Shown here in pieces: positions 1-11,000 of a DNA stretch of 64,000 bases. The position numbers and the translations under genes were made by a program. The DNA is taken from contig OW569368.1 in the NCBI GenBank assembly GCA_937625935.1, forward strand, positions 424,978 to 488,977. The letters run 5' to 3'. The stretch is from Tetramitus jugosus (Eukaryota; Protista; Heterolobosea). The notes beneath the pieces were generated by a model that searched no databases, was not told the origin of the DNA, and saw only the letters and a program-made list of their open reading frames with translations. Positions within the stretch are counted from its first letter, which is position 1; each line of letters starts with the position of its first letter.

Positions 1-638
1 TGGGAGTGTTCTATCGTCCATCAGCAATGATCTTTTGGGCTCATTACTTTGTGTTGTCAAAGTATGCTGAGCTGTTGGACACTGTGTTGTTGATTGTGAA
101 GAATCCTGAGAGACCAGTGCCATTCCTGCACTATTATCATCATTCTACCGTCTTGTTGTTTAGTTGGTATGCAGAGGAGTATCACTTCTCTGTTGGTTTC
201 TGGTTCTGTATGATCAATGCTCTCATCCATTCATTCATGTACTTTTATTATTTTTTGACCGTAAGTAGTTCGTACTATAGTTACGCAAACAAACACATCT
301 TTTGTTGTTCTGTCTAACATTTGGGTGATTTTGGAATCATTGACTTTGAATTCTTCTTTTGTTTCAACTTCATTCGATGTGTTAGGAATTGGGGTATAGA
401 AATGTTAACCATGGGACAAATTGCTCAAATGGTAGCCGGTATTGTTCTCACTTCCCTCTGGTTCAGAGAGTACTTGAAGACAAAGTCATGTGACTGTACT
501 CGACCAATCGAGATGATTGTTGCCTGTATTTTGATGTATGGAAGCTATTTGTTCCTATTTGTTCGCTTCTTCATCTTGAGATACAGACAAAAGACAAGTT
601 CGAGAGCTCCAACACCAAAAGGTGGAAAGGAGCAATAG
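1..638 (+). CDS. Fatty acid elongase (ELO/GNS1-SUR4), 5'-partial; intron 261-385; apparent frameshift at ~401
   Basis: SKYAELLDT, HYYHH histidine box, NALIHSFMYFYY, QIAQM and MYGSYLFLF motifs; GTAAGT donor at 261, TAG acceptor ending 385, followed by ELGYR. Confidence 0.85.
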
Positions 639-949
639 AAAAACCACGGTATTCCCATATAAGTATACTTATGACCTCATTGTGAGTCTTTGTGTGCATG
701 CGTGCAATTCAAACAATCCCTTACTGTAAAAGAAATCCAAAAAAACATGACATTCACTTTATACCTTTCGATGCTGTCTCTTGGAGGAGATATTGGATTA
801 CGCCTCTCCACACAAAGAACTGATGTTCTGATCAAGGCGAAAAGCTCATTAAAATTAGGTATTTCGCCCTATTCCCATTCTTGATCTCTGAGTCGCTGTA
901 ATTCAATTCCATCACGAACCAGAAAACAACAACACACGTTCTGAAAAAA

Positions 950-1765
950 ATGAAAACAAGTACTTTGGTCTCCACTGCCTCCTGTCTCATCAACTGTGTG
1001 TTGGCACTGTACTTTGACTTTCATGTGTTTTTCAATCCAAATGACAAAACTTTTGTGAGAGACTCCCATGTCAAGCTGTACACTGTTTTCAAGTCATTGG
1101 CTGCCTTTAGCTTTTTGTACCTCTGCCTCCACAATTATCGCCAGAGTGTGCACAAGACGATGGCAAAACTGATTTTGTTGGGCCAGTTTTTGTCTGTGAT
1201 TGGTGACATCATGTTAGCTCTCAGCTATTTCCAAGAAGTGTACTTTTTGATTGGTGGTGCGAGCTTCCTGTTTGCTCACGTAGCTTACATGAGTGCATTC
1301 GTGTCCAATATTCTTCTGTCTCTCAAGAAGGGCCGCGAGAAGGAGAATCAGTCAGGCTCCAATTTACAGTGGATTCGCTACTCGTTCTCGTTTATTTCAG
1401 TTGCGTCGTACTTTATTGGATTTTGCTATGTGATTCCTTCTATCAAGCCAGAATTGACAAGTTTGAGAACATTGGCCATTGCCTATACAATTATGATTAC
1501 AATCATGGTTGGTTTAAGTCCAGCAGGTGAGAACTTGTTTGTTCCTGCGGTTGCAGCTCCAACGACAAACGACAACAAGAAGCAAGCACCAAAGCAAGTG
1601 TTGAACAAAAAGTTTGTTTACCGTGTGGTAGGCAGTTTCTTCTTCTATCTTTCTGACATTTGTGTAGCCAGAAACAAGTTTATTGGAGAGGACTTTATGA
1701 TTAACAAGGCCGTTGGTCTTCCTCTGTACTTTGTCGCACAACTGATCATTGCTTCCTCTCTGTAG
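950..1765 (+). CDS. YhhN/TMEM86 (lysoplasmalogenase-like) membrane protein
   Basis: S-x-x-GD-x-x-L, F-x-x-G-x-x-SFLFAH-x-x-Y, G-x-x-FFYLSD and LPLY-x-x-AQ motifs; multiple TM segments. Confidence 0.85.
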   Translation: MKTSTLVSTASCLINCVLALYFDFHVFFNPNDKTFVRDSHVKLYTVFKSLAAFSFLYLCLHNYRQSVHKTMAKLILLGQFLSVIGDIMLALSYFQEVYFLIGGASFLFAHVAYMSAFVSNILLSLKKGREKENQSGSNLQWIRYSFSFISVASYFIGFCYVIPSIKPELTSLRTLAIAYTIMITIMVGLSPAGENLFVPAVAAPTTNDNKKQAPKQVLNKKFVYRVVGSFFFYLSDICVARNKFIGEDFMINKAVGLPLYFVAQLIIASSL

Positions 1766-2047
1766 AATCTCTCTCATCGGTGGTCGGACAACACTTCACA
1801 TAAATGGCTAACAAACCTCCTCCTACTATCCATCTCCTAAATGAAGCAATTGTCAACTTGCACTCAAAAGCATCCAGATAAGGAGTCACACTCATGAAAC
1901 CTTTGTATTCTTCAACGAATCAAAAATCAAAATAGTTTCGCCGCGAACAGAAGCTTCAACCAGACACGAACGGAGTAAACACAAAGATTCAAACAACGAA
2001 CAAGCAAACAAGTGACGAACAGCCAACCAACCAGATATAACACAAGC

Positions 2048-2806
2048 ATGCAAACAAAGTTTTTCTCAGTCAAGAGACTGGCACAGTTTTATGCCCACCA
2101 TATTGCTAACAATCCACTGAAAACACAGTCGGCAACTGCTGGTACATTGTTTCTCATTGGTGACTTGATGTGTCAAACGATAGAGTACAATACATCTACG
2201 ACGTCGATAAAGAAGGAAACTGGTTTCGAGTTGGATTGGATGAGAACTGCAAAGATGGCTTCGTTTGGTTACTTGTTTGGTCCCGCGTCATATTTTTGGT
2301 ATCGTTTACTGGATAAGAAGGTTGTGTTCAAGTCAGCGGCCAAAGTTGCCGCGACCGCCGCTCCGCTCGCAAGTAAAGTGAGACCCAATGTGAAAACAGT
2401 CGTATCAAAAGTCGTGATTGATGAAATGTTATTTTCTCCGGCGTGTATTGTAAGCTTGTTTGGTTTTGTAACGTTGTTGAATGGCGGTGGATTTGGCGAT
2501 ATTAGCAATAAGCTAAAGAATGATTTTGGGAGGACGTTTGTGAGCGACATGTGTGTTTGGGTTCCCGCCCAAACTGTAAACTTTTATTTTGTTCCGACGT
2601 TGTATCGGGTGTTATTCGTGAGTTTTATCAGTGTGTTTTGGAATTGTTATTTGAGTTTTATGACGAATCGTGTCACGAGTGAGGAGACCATCAGTGGTGA
2701 AGAACAAAAGACAATAGGGGAAGTGGGTATAGAGAAGATTAAGTTTAAAGAACTAGGGAAGGAAACAAATGTAGTGAAGAAATTAGAGCTTTCGACTGAA
2801 CAGTAG
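2048..2806 (+). CDS. Mpv17/PMP22 family membrane protein
   Basis: PLKTQ..T...LF..GD..CQ, D..RT..M..FG, K...DE..FSP and W.PAQ.VNF.FVP...RVLF.......WN.YLS motifs. Confidence 0.9.
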   Translation: MQTKFFSVKRLAQFYAHHIANNPLKTQSATAGTLFLIGDLMCQTIEYNTSTTSIKKETGFELDWMRTAKMASFGYLFGPASYFWYRLLDKKVVFKSAAKVAATAAPLASKVRPNVKTVVSKVVIDEMLFSPACIVSLFGFVTLLNGGGFGDISNKLKNDFGRTFVSDMCVWVPAQTVNFYFVPTLYRVLFVSFISVFWNCYLSFMTNRVTSEETISGEEQKTIGEVGIEKIKFKELGKETNVVKKLELSTEQ

Positions 2807-2925
2807 TAAATGAACTGTTGAATTGTTGAATCACACATGTGTGAATGTTTGTTTGTTGTTCGATTGTTGTGTAGTTTTTATTTACAAATGGGTGTTTGAG
2901 TGAATGCCTTCACCAAAGGGTCTAT

Positions 2926-3747
2926 TTACAAGCCCAAGTTCATATTTTGCATTTGGGACACTGGCACAGAAGTGTAAGTGCTAGTTGTTGTTGTACCCAT
3001 CATTGGAGCAGTAGTCATCATTGTTGGGTTAGCGGTCATCATTGTAGGTGCCGGATTCAGTGGTTGCTGTTGAATGATGGTAGTTGCTGGATGGATTGGT
3101 CCCAACTTGTCATGCTTCAAATCGTGCATGAGCTTGGCGTTTTCCATTCTACCTCCCACTCCAGCACTGCCAGTGTTGAATGCGGCAGCTTCTCTCTTTT
3201 CTCTCTTCTTCCAAGCTCTCTTTTCCTTTCTTGTCAACTTTGGACCTTTGGTGCTATCAAAGGCTGGTGTGGCTCCGGTTTGACCAACGACGACAGGCAT
3301 GGAATAAAATGTTTCATGCAAAGTTTTTTCAACCTCAATAGAAGTTCCTGTCAGACCAGTACCAGTAGTGGCAGCAGTAGTGGCTCCAGTGGTGGCTCCA
3401 GTGGTTGCGATTCCCTTCTTGTTCTTGTTCTTTTTCAATTTCTTTGCTTGTCTTCTACTCTTCCACTTTCCCATCACTCCATGAGCAGGAGCAGCAGTCG
3501 TGGTTGTTGTTGGCGCGACACCAGTTGTTGTTGGTGCTACACCAGTTGTAGGTGGAACACCCATGCCAGTTGCTGTTGAAGCCATCATGGGTTGTTGAAC
3601 AGGAAGGGTAGTTGTGGACAATCTAGGATCCACTCCCTTAACGATACCTGCGTCACTATAGGTGCCGTAGGAAGCGTTAAGTCCTTGCTCTGTGACTGGA
3701 TATTGTTGGAATTGAGTTGTGGTTGGGTTCAAATTTGTTTCGACCAT
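2926..3747 (-). CDS. Low-complexity Thr/Gly/Lys-rich hypothetical protein
   Basis: 273-aa ATG ORF preceded by an A/C-rich 5' leader like those of neighbouring genes; no recognised domain. Confidence 0.55.
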   Translation of the reverse strand: MVETNLNPTTTQFQQYPVTEQGLNASYGTYSDAGIVKGVDPRLSTTTLPVQQPMMASTATGMGVPPTTGVAPTTTGVAPTTTTTAAPAHGVMGKWKSRRQAKKLKKNKNKKGIATTGATTGATTAATTGTGLTGTSIEVEKTLHETFYSMPVVVGQTGATPAFDSTKGPKLTRKEKRAWKKREKREAAAFNTGSAGVGGRMENAKLMHDLKHDKLGPIHPATTIIQQQPLNPAPTMMTANPTMMTTAPMMGTTTTSTYTSVPVSQMQNMNLGL

Positions 3748-4086
3748 TGTTTGCTATTTTGTTTGAAGGTGCAGATGAGTGTATTTCGTTGGTTTGTTGT
3801 CTTTCAAATGTCCCAGAGAGGGAAGTGAAATACTTTTAAATGCCTAGATCCAATGTATTTTCATCCTCCTTATCAGTGTGGATGTCTATTTCGATACCCG
3901 TCGTGTTTCTCCGAATCACCGAATCCTATAAAATTGTGGCGGGTTGACCTTGACTAAAAAAATGCAGGTGGAAAACAAGGAACAAAAACGGTAATCTTTA
4001 CAAATGTGCAAGGTTGACCCGCATGTTCAAAGATTTCATGGATTGAGACTATTTATTATTATTATTTACACTACAACACTAACAGT

Positions 4087-5127
4087 TTACAATCTTGATG
4101 GAGTGTTAAATCGAGTTCCATTTCTCTCATTGGAGTGATTTGGCTTGGCACCACGCACAATCTCAGCTTGAATCAATCCCATTGGGTCATCCTGTGGGAA
4201 GAAGACTTCATTGTTGTTCTCAAGATTAAATCTCTTGAGGTCAAACAAGAAGCAATGCAAGTTTGGCAATGAAATAAAGATGGATTCAACACTGGATTCA
4301 GCCTCCAAAATCAATGATCCCATCTCGTACAGTGTCAACTGAACAGAGTCAGAGTATGTTCCCTTGACTGGATCACCAGCAAACTCTTCAATCAAAATTC
4401 TCATGACAGTTGCAAAAATGCGATCAAAATCAACAATGAAAAACTTTTGAGAAAGGTTGACTGGGAGTTGAAGAGAAGGCTTTCCATCAGCCAACCACTT
4501 CTTGGCACTGGAGATGACAGATGGGCTGTACTTCCAATTGGCAAACACATTGGTTCTCACAATTCTTTCTGTAGTCTCTGGCAATGTAGTAAACTTGCAT
4601 CGATTGAATTTTGTGAAACCGGATTGAGTCGTCTTTGCCACAATCAAGTCCTTGATACCAGTTTCCATCTCCAAATCAGCACCCTTTCTCTCCGTCTTCA
4701 ATGCACAGAAACGAACATAGGGTTGCTTCTTTTGGAAGGCATGATGATGAGGTTGTCCCTTGACAGTCAATCTCTCCCAAATGGTCTCTTCAATCTTGAT
4801 ATCGACACCACTGACATGATCATATGTGGTCATAAAGTGCTTTGCTGTCAATAGTGCAAAATCTTCAATAGGTTGACACTTGTGATGCTTTGCAAGCACA
4901 AAAACAGTATTCTTGACAGTGTCTGTTGGCACAATCATGGAATTGTCACCATAGTAGTAAGAATCACCAAATTGTTCACCGAGGAGCAAGACTTGAACGT
5001 TGAGCTCAACCATCTCATGACGATCTGGGTGCTTGTTGACCTTGACGACACGAACAAGCGATTTTCCGTATTGGTGATTGCCTAGGGAGTACTTTTGAGT
5101 GAGGTTTTGAGTTCTGTTGGTGGCCAT
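4087..5127 (-). CDS. UOX: Urate oxidase (uricase), peroxisomal
   Basis: YGK..VRV, IVPTDTVKNT, KTTQSGF, SVQ.TLY and LPNLH motifs; C-terminal PTS1 SRL. Confidence 0.95.
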   Translation of the reverse strand: MATNRTQNLTQKYSLGNHQYGKSLVRVVKVNKHPDRHEMVELNVQVLLLGEQFGDSYYYGDNSMIVPTDTVKNTVFVLAKHHKCQPIEDFALLTAKHFMTTYDHVSGVDIKIEETIWERLTVKGQPHHHAFQKKQPYVRFCALKTERKGADLEMETGIKDLIVAKTTQSGFTKFNRCKFTTLPETTERIVRTNVFANWKYSPSVISSAKKWLADGKPSLQLPVNLSQKFFIVDFDRIFATVMRILIEEFAGDPVKGTYSDSVQLTLYEMGSLILEAESSVESIFISLPNLHCFLFDLKRFNLENNNEVFFPQDDPMGLIQAEIVRGAKPNHSNERNGTRFNTPSRL

Positions 5128-5373
5128 CTTGTCTCTTGTTTGCTATAGCTACGATTCTTGTTGTTTGTTGGTTTTTCCTTGTGTGATTTGAAGAAGAAGA
5201 GACAGACAACAGCAACAACACTTTTTATCAATGTTTTTTGGGGGCCATGGCAAAAATGGAGCGAGCCTTGTAAGCAAAGACTTTTGACCAGGAAAGGAAA
5301 GAGTAGGCGGACTTTTAGCTTCATCTCCGATTGTCCGGAGAGAAATATTAGTGAGGTGGAATGGTGTCCTTTA

Positions 5374-6309
5374 TCAGTCAATGTCGTCCATGATATCGTC
5401 GTCATGATGTTGTAGCGTCAAAGACTCACCTACTGTTTGGTTAGGCATGTCTTTGTCGGCTTCAGAACTTGTGGCACCAGACAGTGTTCGTGTGTTGGGG
5501 TACACAATGTGGTCAATGAACATGTCTCTGACGAGTTGTCGTGCCTGATCCAGAACGACCGTTCCACCGTGCTCCTCGAGTAAATCCTCCTTCGATGGAA
5601 AATGGTACTTGTCAGTGAGTTTCGAAGCAATATGGCTCAACTTACTTGACTTGACAATGTGAACCTTCTTCAACGACGTGGGATCAATAAAGTTCTTGGC
5701 CAGAGGAAACAACAGCTTGAACAATAGGTTCGGATATAGTACATAGACGGCACCCAGTGTCTCCGGGTAATAATCAGCCACTTTGATGACTCTCCTCAGA
5801 GCCACCATATCGGCATTCGCATCCGTTGCGCCCTCTCGATCCAAAATCATCACCAATTGATCATGAGGAGGCAATGGCAACAAGTACTGAACAGTCTTCT
5901 GAACAAAATAAATGACATACTTCCAGAATCTCTCATGCCCCGGATCTGATCTTTCATCATGCACATGATCCCTCATCTTGTATATGATGACCGGTCGTCC
6001 GAATCCATCCCTGCCATGAACAAACAACTGCCCTGATTGAATATAGTCTGCAACGTCCTTCTTTTTGATGGTATGAGGCTTGAATTCTTGTACCCATGCC
6101 ATACGTTCCCTAAACATCTGCTCTGCCTTACTCAAATCAAACGATCTGGCTCTCAGAAACCGAATGAGCGTGGCCGTGTTCTTGCAATGCACCGGAAAAT
6201 CTGAGTTGAGCCTAGATTTGAGATTCTGAAGGATCAGATCCTCGTCACCTGATAATTGCCTTTCAGCATGTTCATTGCGCTGCACATTCGGCAAGTCATA
6301 AGACTCCAT
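5374..6309 (-). CDS. CRAL-TRIO (Sec14-like) lipid-binding protein
   Basis: LIRFLRARSFDLSKA, G.D..GRPV, YYPETLG and F...K.FIDP...KKV motifs. Confidence 0.9.
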   Translation of the reverse strand: MESYDLPNVQRNEHAERQLSGDEDLILQNLKSRLNSDFPVHCKNTATLIRFLRARSFDLSKAEQMFRERMAWVQEFKPHTIKKKDVADYIQSGQLFVHGRDGFGRPVIIYKMRDHVHDERSDPGHERFWKYVIYFVQKTVQYLLPLPPHDQLVMILDREGATDANADMVALRRVIKVADYYPETLGAVYVLYPNLLFKLLFPLAKNFIDPTSLKKVHIVKSSKLSHIASKLTDKYHFPSKEDLLEEHGGTVVLDQARQLVRDMFIDHIVYPNTRTLSGATSSEADKDMPNQTVGESLTLQHHDDDIMDDID

Positions 6310-6527
6310 TCAGCTTCAGTAAGGTGGCTGTTGACTGTTTTTGTTGTTCTCGCGTGTTTGTTCGCTGCTCCAGTCTCCGATTGATTCCGATTGAACGTAC
6401 GATATTCGCACCCGACATTTGTGCATCACCCGTCATCCTTTTTGTCTCGAAACAGTCCTGATAAAAAAAAAATCAACTTCTCAGCTGTACAACACCCAAC
6501 AACCAACAACAACAACCAACTCACATC

Positions 6528-7952
6528 ATGTTGTCACAACTATTCGGCACGAGCTTGAACAATAACAACTATAGCAGTAGTCCAACTACGACTACTCCCA
6601 CGAATGCAGTCTCCTTTACCAACTTTAACAATAGCTCTTCTGCCTTTGGTAACAACAATAGTAACAGCAGTAACATTTATAGAGTATCACTCACACGTGA
6701 TCACCTTGTCGTGTTCAACACAAATCTCACCCGCACCGCACTGGTGGATGACAACAATCGGAGTTTTTTTGATCCCGACTCAAAGCCCGGTCTTTACGCC
6801 GCTTTGATGAACAAATTGACGGGAGCGGTGGATCAGCAATTGTATGTGTCGAGCTTTGAAAATTTGGAGCACACGGCACTGTTAATCCTGCTCTTGTCGC
6901 GTCACAAGACCACTCTCATAAACAACACAACATCGAATCACAACAATGAAGATGTTCATTTCTTGTGTTTGGCATCCAAGGGAAAATGGTTTACGAGCGA
7001 CGGTTTAAAAATGTATGGCGCACTCGTCGAAAAAATGCAACAAATGTTTCACTATTCGATGCCAAGCTACGGAGAAGCGGAGAATCAACGATTTTTTGCC
7101 ATCTACGATGTGGAGTCCAAAATTTCCGTTTCCAAGCACTCAAGCAAGCAAAGCTTTTCGACGAACAATACGAGCAGCAGCAGTAGTGGATATGAGAGGT
7201 TGCTTGATGAAGAGGATCGTTCATCATCCAAACGATCCTTTGCCTCATCCCCTTCCATTACCAACTCACCTTCATTGTCTTCCTCATTCTCGTCTTCCTT
7301 GACTCCACAACAAGAAGAGGATCCTGACATGATGAACACTGGTATTGAGTTCTTGTATGTAGATTGTCCTGTGACTCTACGCAGAATTCCTCACGTCTTC
7401 CATGAGACTGTGAGACGACTGGAGACTGAGATTGATCAATTGAGAGACAATGTGAATCGAGTCATGACTTGTTTGAATGAATCAATGGAATCAACTGATT
7501 CGCGAAGAGTGCAGGAAGAATGTGAACATGGTAGTGGCAATCCTAGTCATGGCAGTAGTGTGGTGAGTGATGAACCGATTGGAACGATTAAAATGTTTTT
7601 GGGATCGAATTTACCCAATGGTTGGTTGCCATGTTATGGTCAAGTGTTGAACAGGGACGAGTTTGAACAATTGTACAGTAACGTGACATCTAGTCATTAT
7701 CAGTTTAGAGTGTCGGATAAGCAGTTTCGGTTGCCTTGTCTGTGTCAACCACAGTTGCCCATTGTTGCAAGTCCTCAGACTGGTCTTCATCCAATCATGG
7801 AGAATGATCAGTTTGGAGGCATGACTGTTCATGATAGGTACGAGCCAGTGTCATTGGACAGTATACCATATGTGACAACCAGTTCAGACAGAGGCAGCGC
7901 ACAGGTGGATCACGATATGAACAGTGTGTGTTACATTATTAAGGCATTGTAA
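6528..7952 (+). CDS. Hypothetical protein with coiled coil and C-terminal phage tail-collar-like domain
   Basis: PIGTIKMFLG..LPNGWLPCYGQVL....F..LY...FRLP.L and terminal YIIKA match the tail-collar pattern. Confidence 0.7.
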   Translation: MLSQLFGTSLNNNNYSSSPTTTTPTNAVSFTNFNNSSSAFGNNNSNSSNIYRVSLTRDHLVVFNTNLTRTALVDDNNRSFFDPDSKPGLYAALMNKLTGAVDQQLYVSSFENLEHTALLILLLSRHKTTLINNTTSNHNNEDVHFLCLASKGKWFTSDGLKMYGALVEKMQQMFHYSMPSYGEAENQRFFAIYDVESKISVSKHSSKQSFSTNNTSSSSSGYERLLDEEDRSSSKRSFASSPSITNSPSLSSSFSSSLTPQQEEDPDMMNTGIEFLYVDCPVTLRRIPHVFHETVRRLETEIDQLRDNVNRVMTCLNESMESTDSRRVQEECEHGSGNPSHGSSVVSDEPIGTIKMFLGSNLPNGWLPCYGQVLNRDEFEQLYSNVTSSHYQFRVSDKQFRLPCLCQPQLPIVASPQTGLHPIMENDQFGGMTVHDRYEPVSLDSIPYVTTSSDRGSAQVDHDMNSVCYIIKAL

Positions 7953-8075
7953 GAATTAGTATTATATGGTTCCACGAATAACTTGGATGGAATACCAATA
8001 AAAGTGGACAAAGAGATTGATAATAATTGGCTCATTTCGCAGCCATTTGACAAGTAAATAGAATCTTGAATGTTT

Positions 8076-11000
8076 TTATGCGAACAAGTCTTCTCTTTCG
8101 AGAATATTTTCATCATCATCATGCTGTACACCAGGTGTTGGTTCAGCTTCCATCGATGCAAAGTTGATAAAGTGGTGAGGTCGATGAATTTCGTGGTAGT
8201 ACTCCTTTGGTATGCCCAACTCTACATCATACTTCATATTTTCAGAGTGAGCATAAATCATGTTGTAGTTCCAAACATTGTCTGAAGGAATCAAGAAGAA
8301 GCCCATAAACTTTTCACTCAACAACATTTGCGCAGGCTCGTAATAGTTGGTGCTGAATCCAGTCGTGTCCAACATCATTTCTGAATCGGATGCGTTCGTG
8401 TTGACCTTGGCCTTTCTGCCCCATTCGTAACCTTCGGGTGTCAGCTTGAATGTATTTAATGTACAGGAACCAGGAGTGAAGTTGCAAACAACGATGACCG
8501 TTTTCTCTCCCTCCCATTCTTTGTGCTCAGACATGATTCTGGCGTGCATGGCAACATCATTGGGTGAACACACTTTCACATCGACACTTGGTTGTTGGGT
8601 GTGAATCCAGCCAAGTGGCTCCAAATCTTGGAGTAACTCGTGTTGAGGTAATCTGTGTGGAACAGTCACATTCAAATGTGTTCCTCTCTGGGGCACGAGT
8701 GCAATACAGTGAACTTCCTTGACTGATGGTCGATCTTCAGGTGATTTTCCATACATGTAACCCATGATTTGAGTTCTCAGGTCACCAATACTGATAAACT
8801 TCTTCAAAATATTCTTTGGTATGATATAGGTGTAACCTTGTTCTACGTCAGCCAATTGCACTTGTTGATTCACATAGATACGCTTGGTTCTCATGTGCAA
8901 GTTTGTAGCAGAGATTGCTCTCACTCTCCAATCTGTCTTTGATGAGAATGTTTCTTGCTCATAGGCAGAATAAGTAGTAGTGACAATCGCTTCACCAGCG
9001 TTAGTCACTGTTTGAGTAGTGACAGCTGTCAATTGAGAAGCTTCTTTGCTCTGCTTTTCAATCTCAGCAATCTGTTGTCTTTGCACAGAAGGAGGTGCAA
9101 TCTCCATACCCAAGATAATATCACGGATTTCGCTCTGGGTAAGAGACTGGACATTGACATTGTTCTTCTTACCGTAATCAGCTAGAATGAGATCCTTCAT
9201 AGCAACTTCCACCTTGATCCATTCTTCATCAGACAAAGTTGGCCAAATATGATGAGGTTGAGTGATTGTGGCCTTATTTGGCTTCAGAATAATGCGAGTA
9301 CGTTCATGATTCACGTGCAATGCTCTCAAAATGAGAATCAATCTACTGAAGGCTGTGTATGATGAAATACTCTTCAACCAGTCATCATACAAACTGAAGA
9401 TGACCATCTTTGGTTCAGTAGCCTGCAAGATCAAATCACCAAACTTTTCCATGCGCAAGCATGATTGGAATGGCAATTGTAGTTCAGAGCCCTTGATCAC
9501 AATATTAGGGAAGTCAAGCAAATGAACTTCAAGTGGATCTAACAAACCTTTTCTAGTGACGATAATCTGTTTTGGCTGTTCCTCAGGAGGCAAAGAACGA
9601 ATGAGAGCTGCCACTTCTTCAGCAGTCTTCCACTTTGCCAATTGAGTCAATCTCTTCTGGCCAGCCCACACACTCGTGTGAATGATCTTGAGATAAAGTT
9701 GACCTGTTCTTGGATTAAAGATGAAGATGGCTCCGTTAATAGGCTTTGTTGTAGTATTTCCTTCGAATGTCTTGTGGATAGTGAGACGATAAACGTTTGT
9801 ATCATCCACGAACCAGATAATTTGATTGGAGAACAACTCACCATAATTTTGTGAGTTCAAGTGAGGTTCAGTCGGTTCACTGCTGTACAATTGCAAGCCC
9901 TTTCTGATACGCTCTCTGAGCACATACAGCGCAGGATTGGCCTTCATAATCTTTGACATTGCCTTACGAATCAATGGCTTCGAACCAGGGAACCAGTTAC
10001 CAAAGGCACTGTGAATATTGTAAGCGAGATCAATACCGATCATCACACCTGATGGTGATGGATAAATACTCATATTGTCAGTGGTATAGTCCAAAAACTT
10101 TGTTCTGGTGTATCTTTCAATGTCATGAGAGTCGAAATCTCCCCATCTTAATTGAACATCAACCCAATACTTGTTGCTTGTTGCATTGCCGTCATATTGG
10201 TCGCGAGTCTGAGTGATCAATGATGGTTTGGACACTTGCCACTTGAATGCAGCAAACAACAGGATATCAGCACATGAAGAATTCATCTTGTAAGATTTTC
10301 TTGGATGAATCGTTTCCTTTTGGACATGGGCAATTTCAAGTGCATCCAATTGTTGATCGAACACTTGACACAAATCCATAATTACGGACTCGTGAATCTT
10401 TTGCCACAAATGCGCTCTGAAGATCTGGATCAGAGAAATCTTCAACGTTGGAATCTTACCGTGCATGAAGATACCAGTAAGATCCAACTGAACTTGGAAA
10501 CCGACATAAACATTTGCTCTATTAATCGTTGGAGACCACCACAGGGTAAATCTACGATTAGGGATCTGATTCAAACCAGATCTCTGAGCATTAGTCAACT
10601 TCTTGAACTTCATACTCTCTTCAAAACCTGATGCCTTCTCCCAGAAGAGACCCTCCCAAGTGGGGAAGTATGTACCCTTGAACAAGGTGTGCTCAAGAAT
10701 ACCTTCGACACCTCCTAGTGCCTGAATCATATCAGTACGATAATTGTTCAAATTCCACAGCTTACCATCATGTCTCTGATGTGTCCACCAGAATGGATTC
10801 TGTTTCAAGACCTGATAATTCTTAAACTCGGTTCTGACTCTCCAACCTTTATCATAGGCTAGCGTGTGTCTATCCTTTTGGAACAGAGTATTAATTCTAG
10901 GAATACCTCTGTCCCAGGAGTCATCGAGGTCATCAAGTGTCAGCTTTCTGTTTTGAGCTTGAGCATCATTTCGTTTGAGAGCATATTCAGCCCAAACACG

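Noticed and set aside
782-886. Structured ncRNA between ELO and YhhN (GATCAAG/CTTGATC and GCGAAA/TTTCGC stems)
   Set aside because: Stems are short, with no recognisable snRNA/snoRNA motif set; could be chance.
2896-3579. Long antisense/shadow ORFs (also 26847-27621, 35187-35972 and many inside PRP8)
   Set aside because: They overlap better-supported genes and arise from codon bias or low complexity.
10620-10650. Intein in PRP8
   Set aside because: The canonical insertion site FWEKA|SGFEES is uninterrupted and the protein has normal length.
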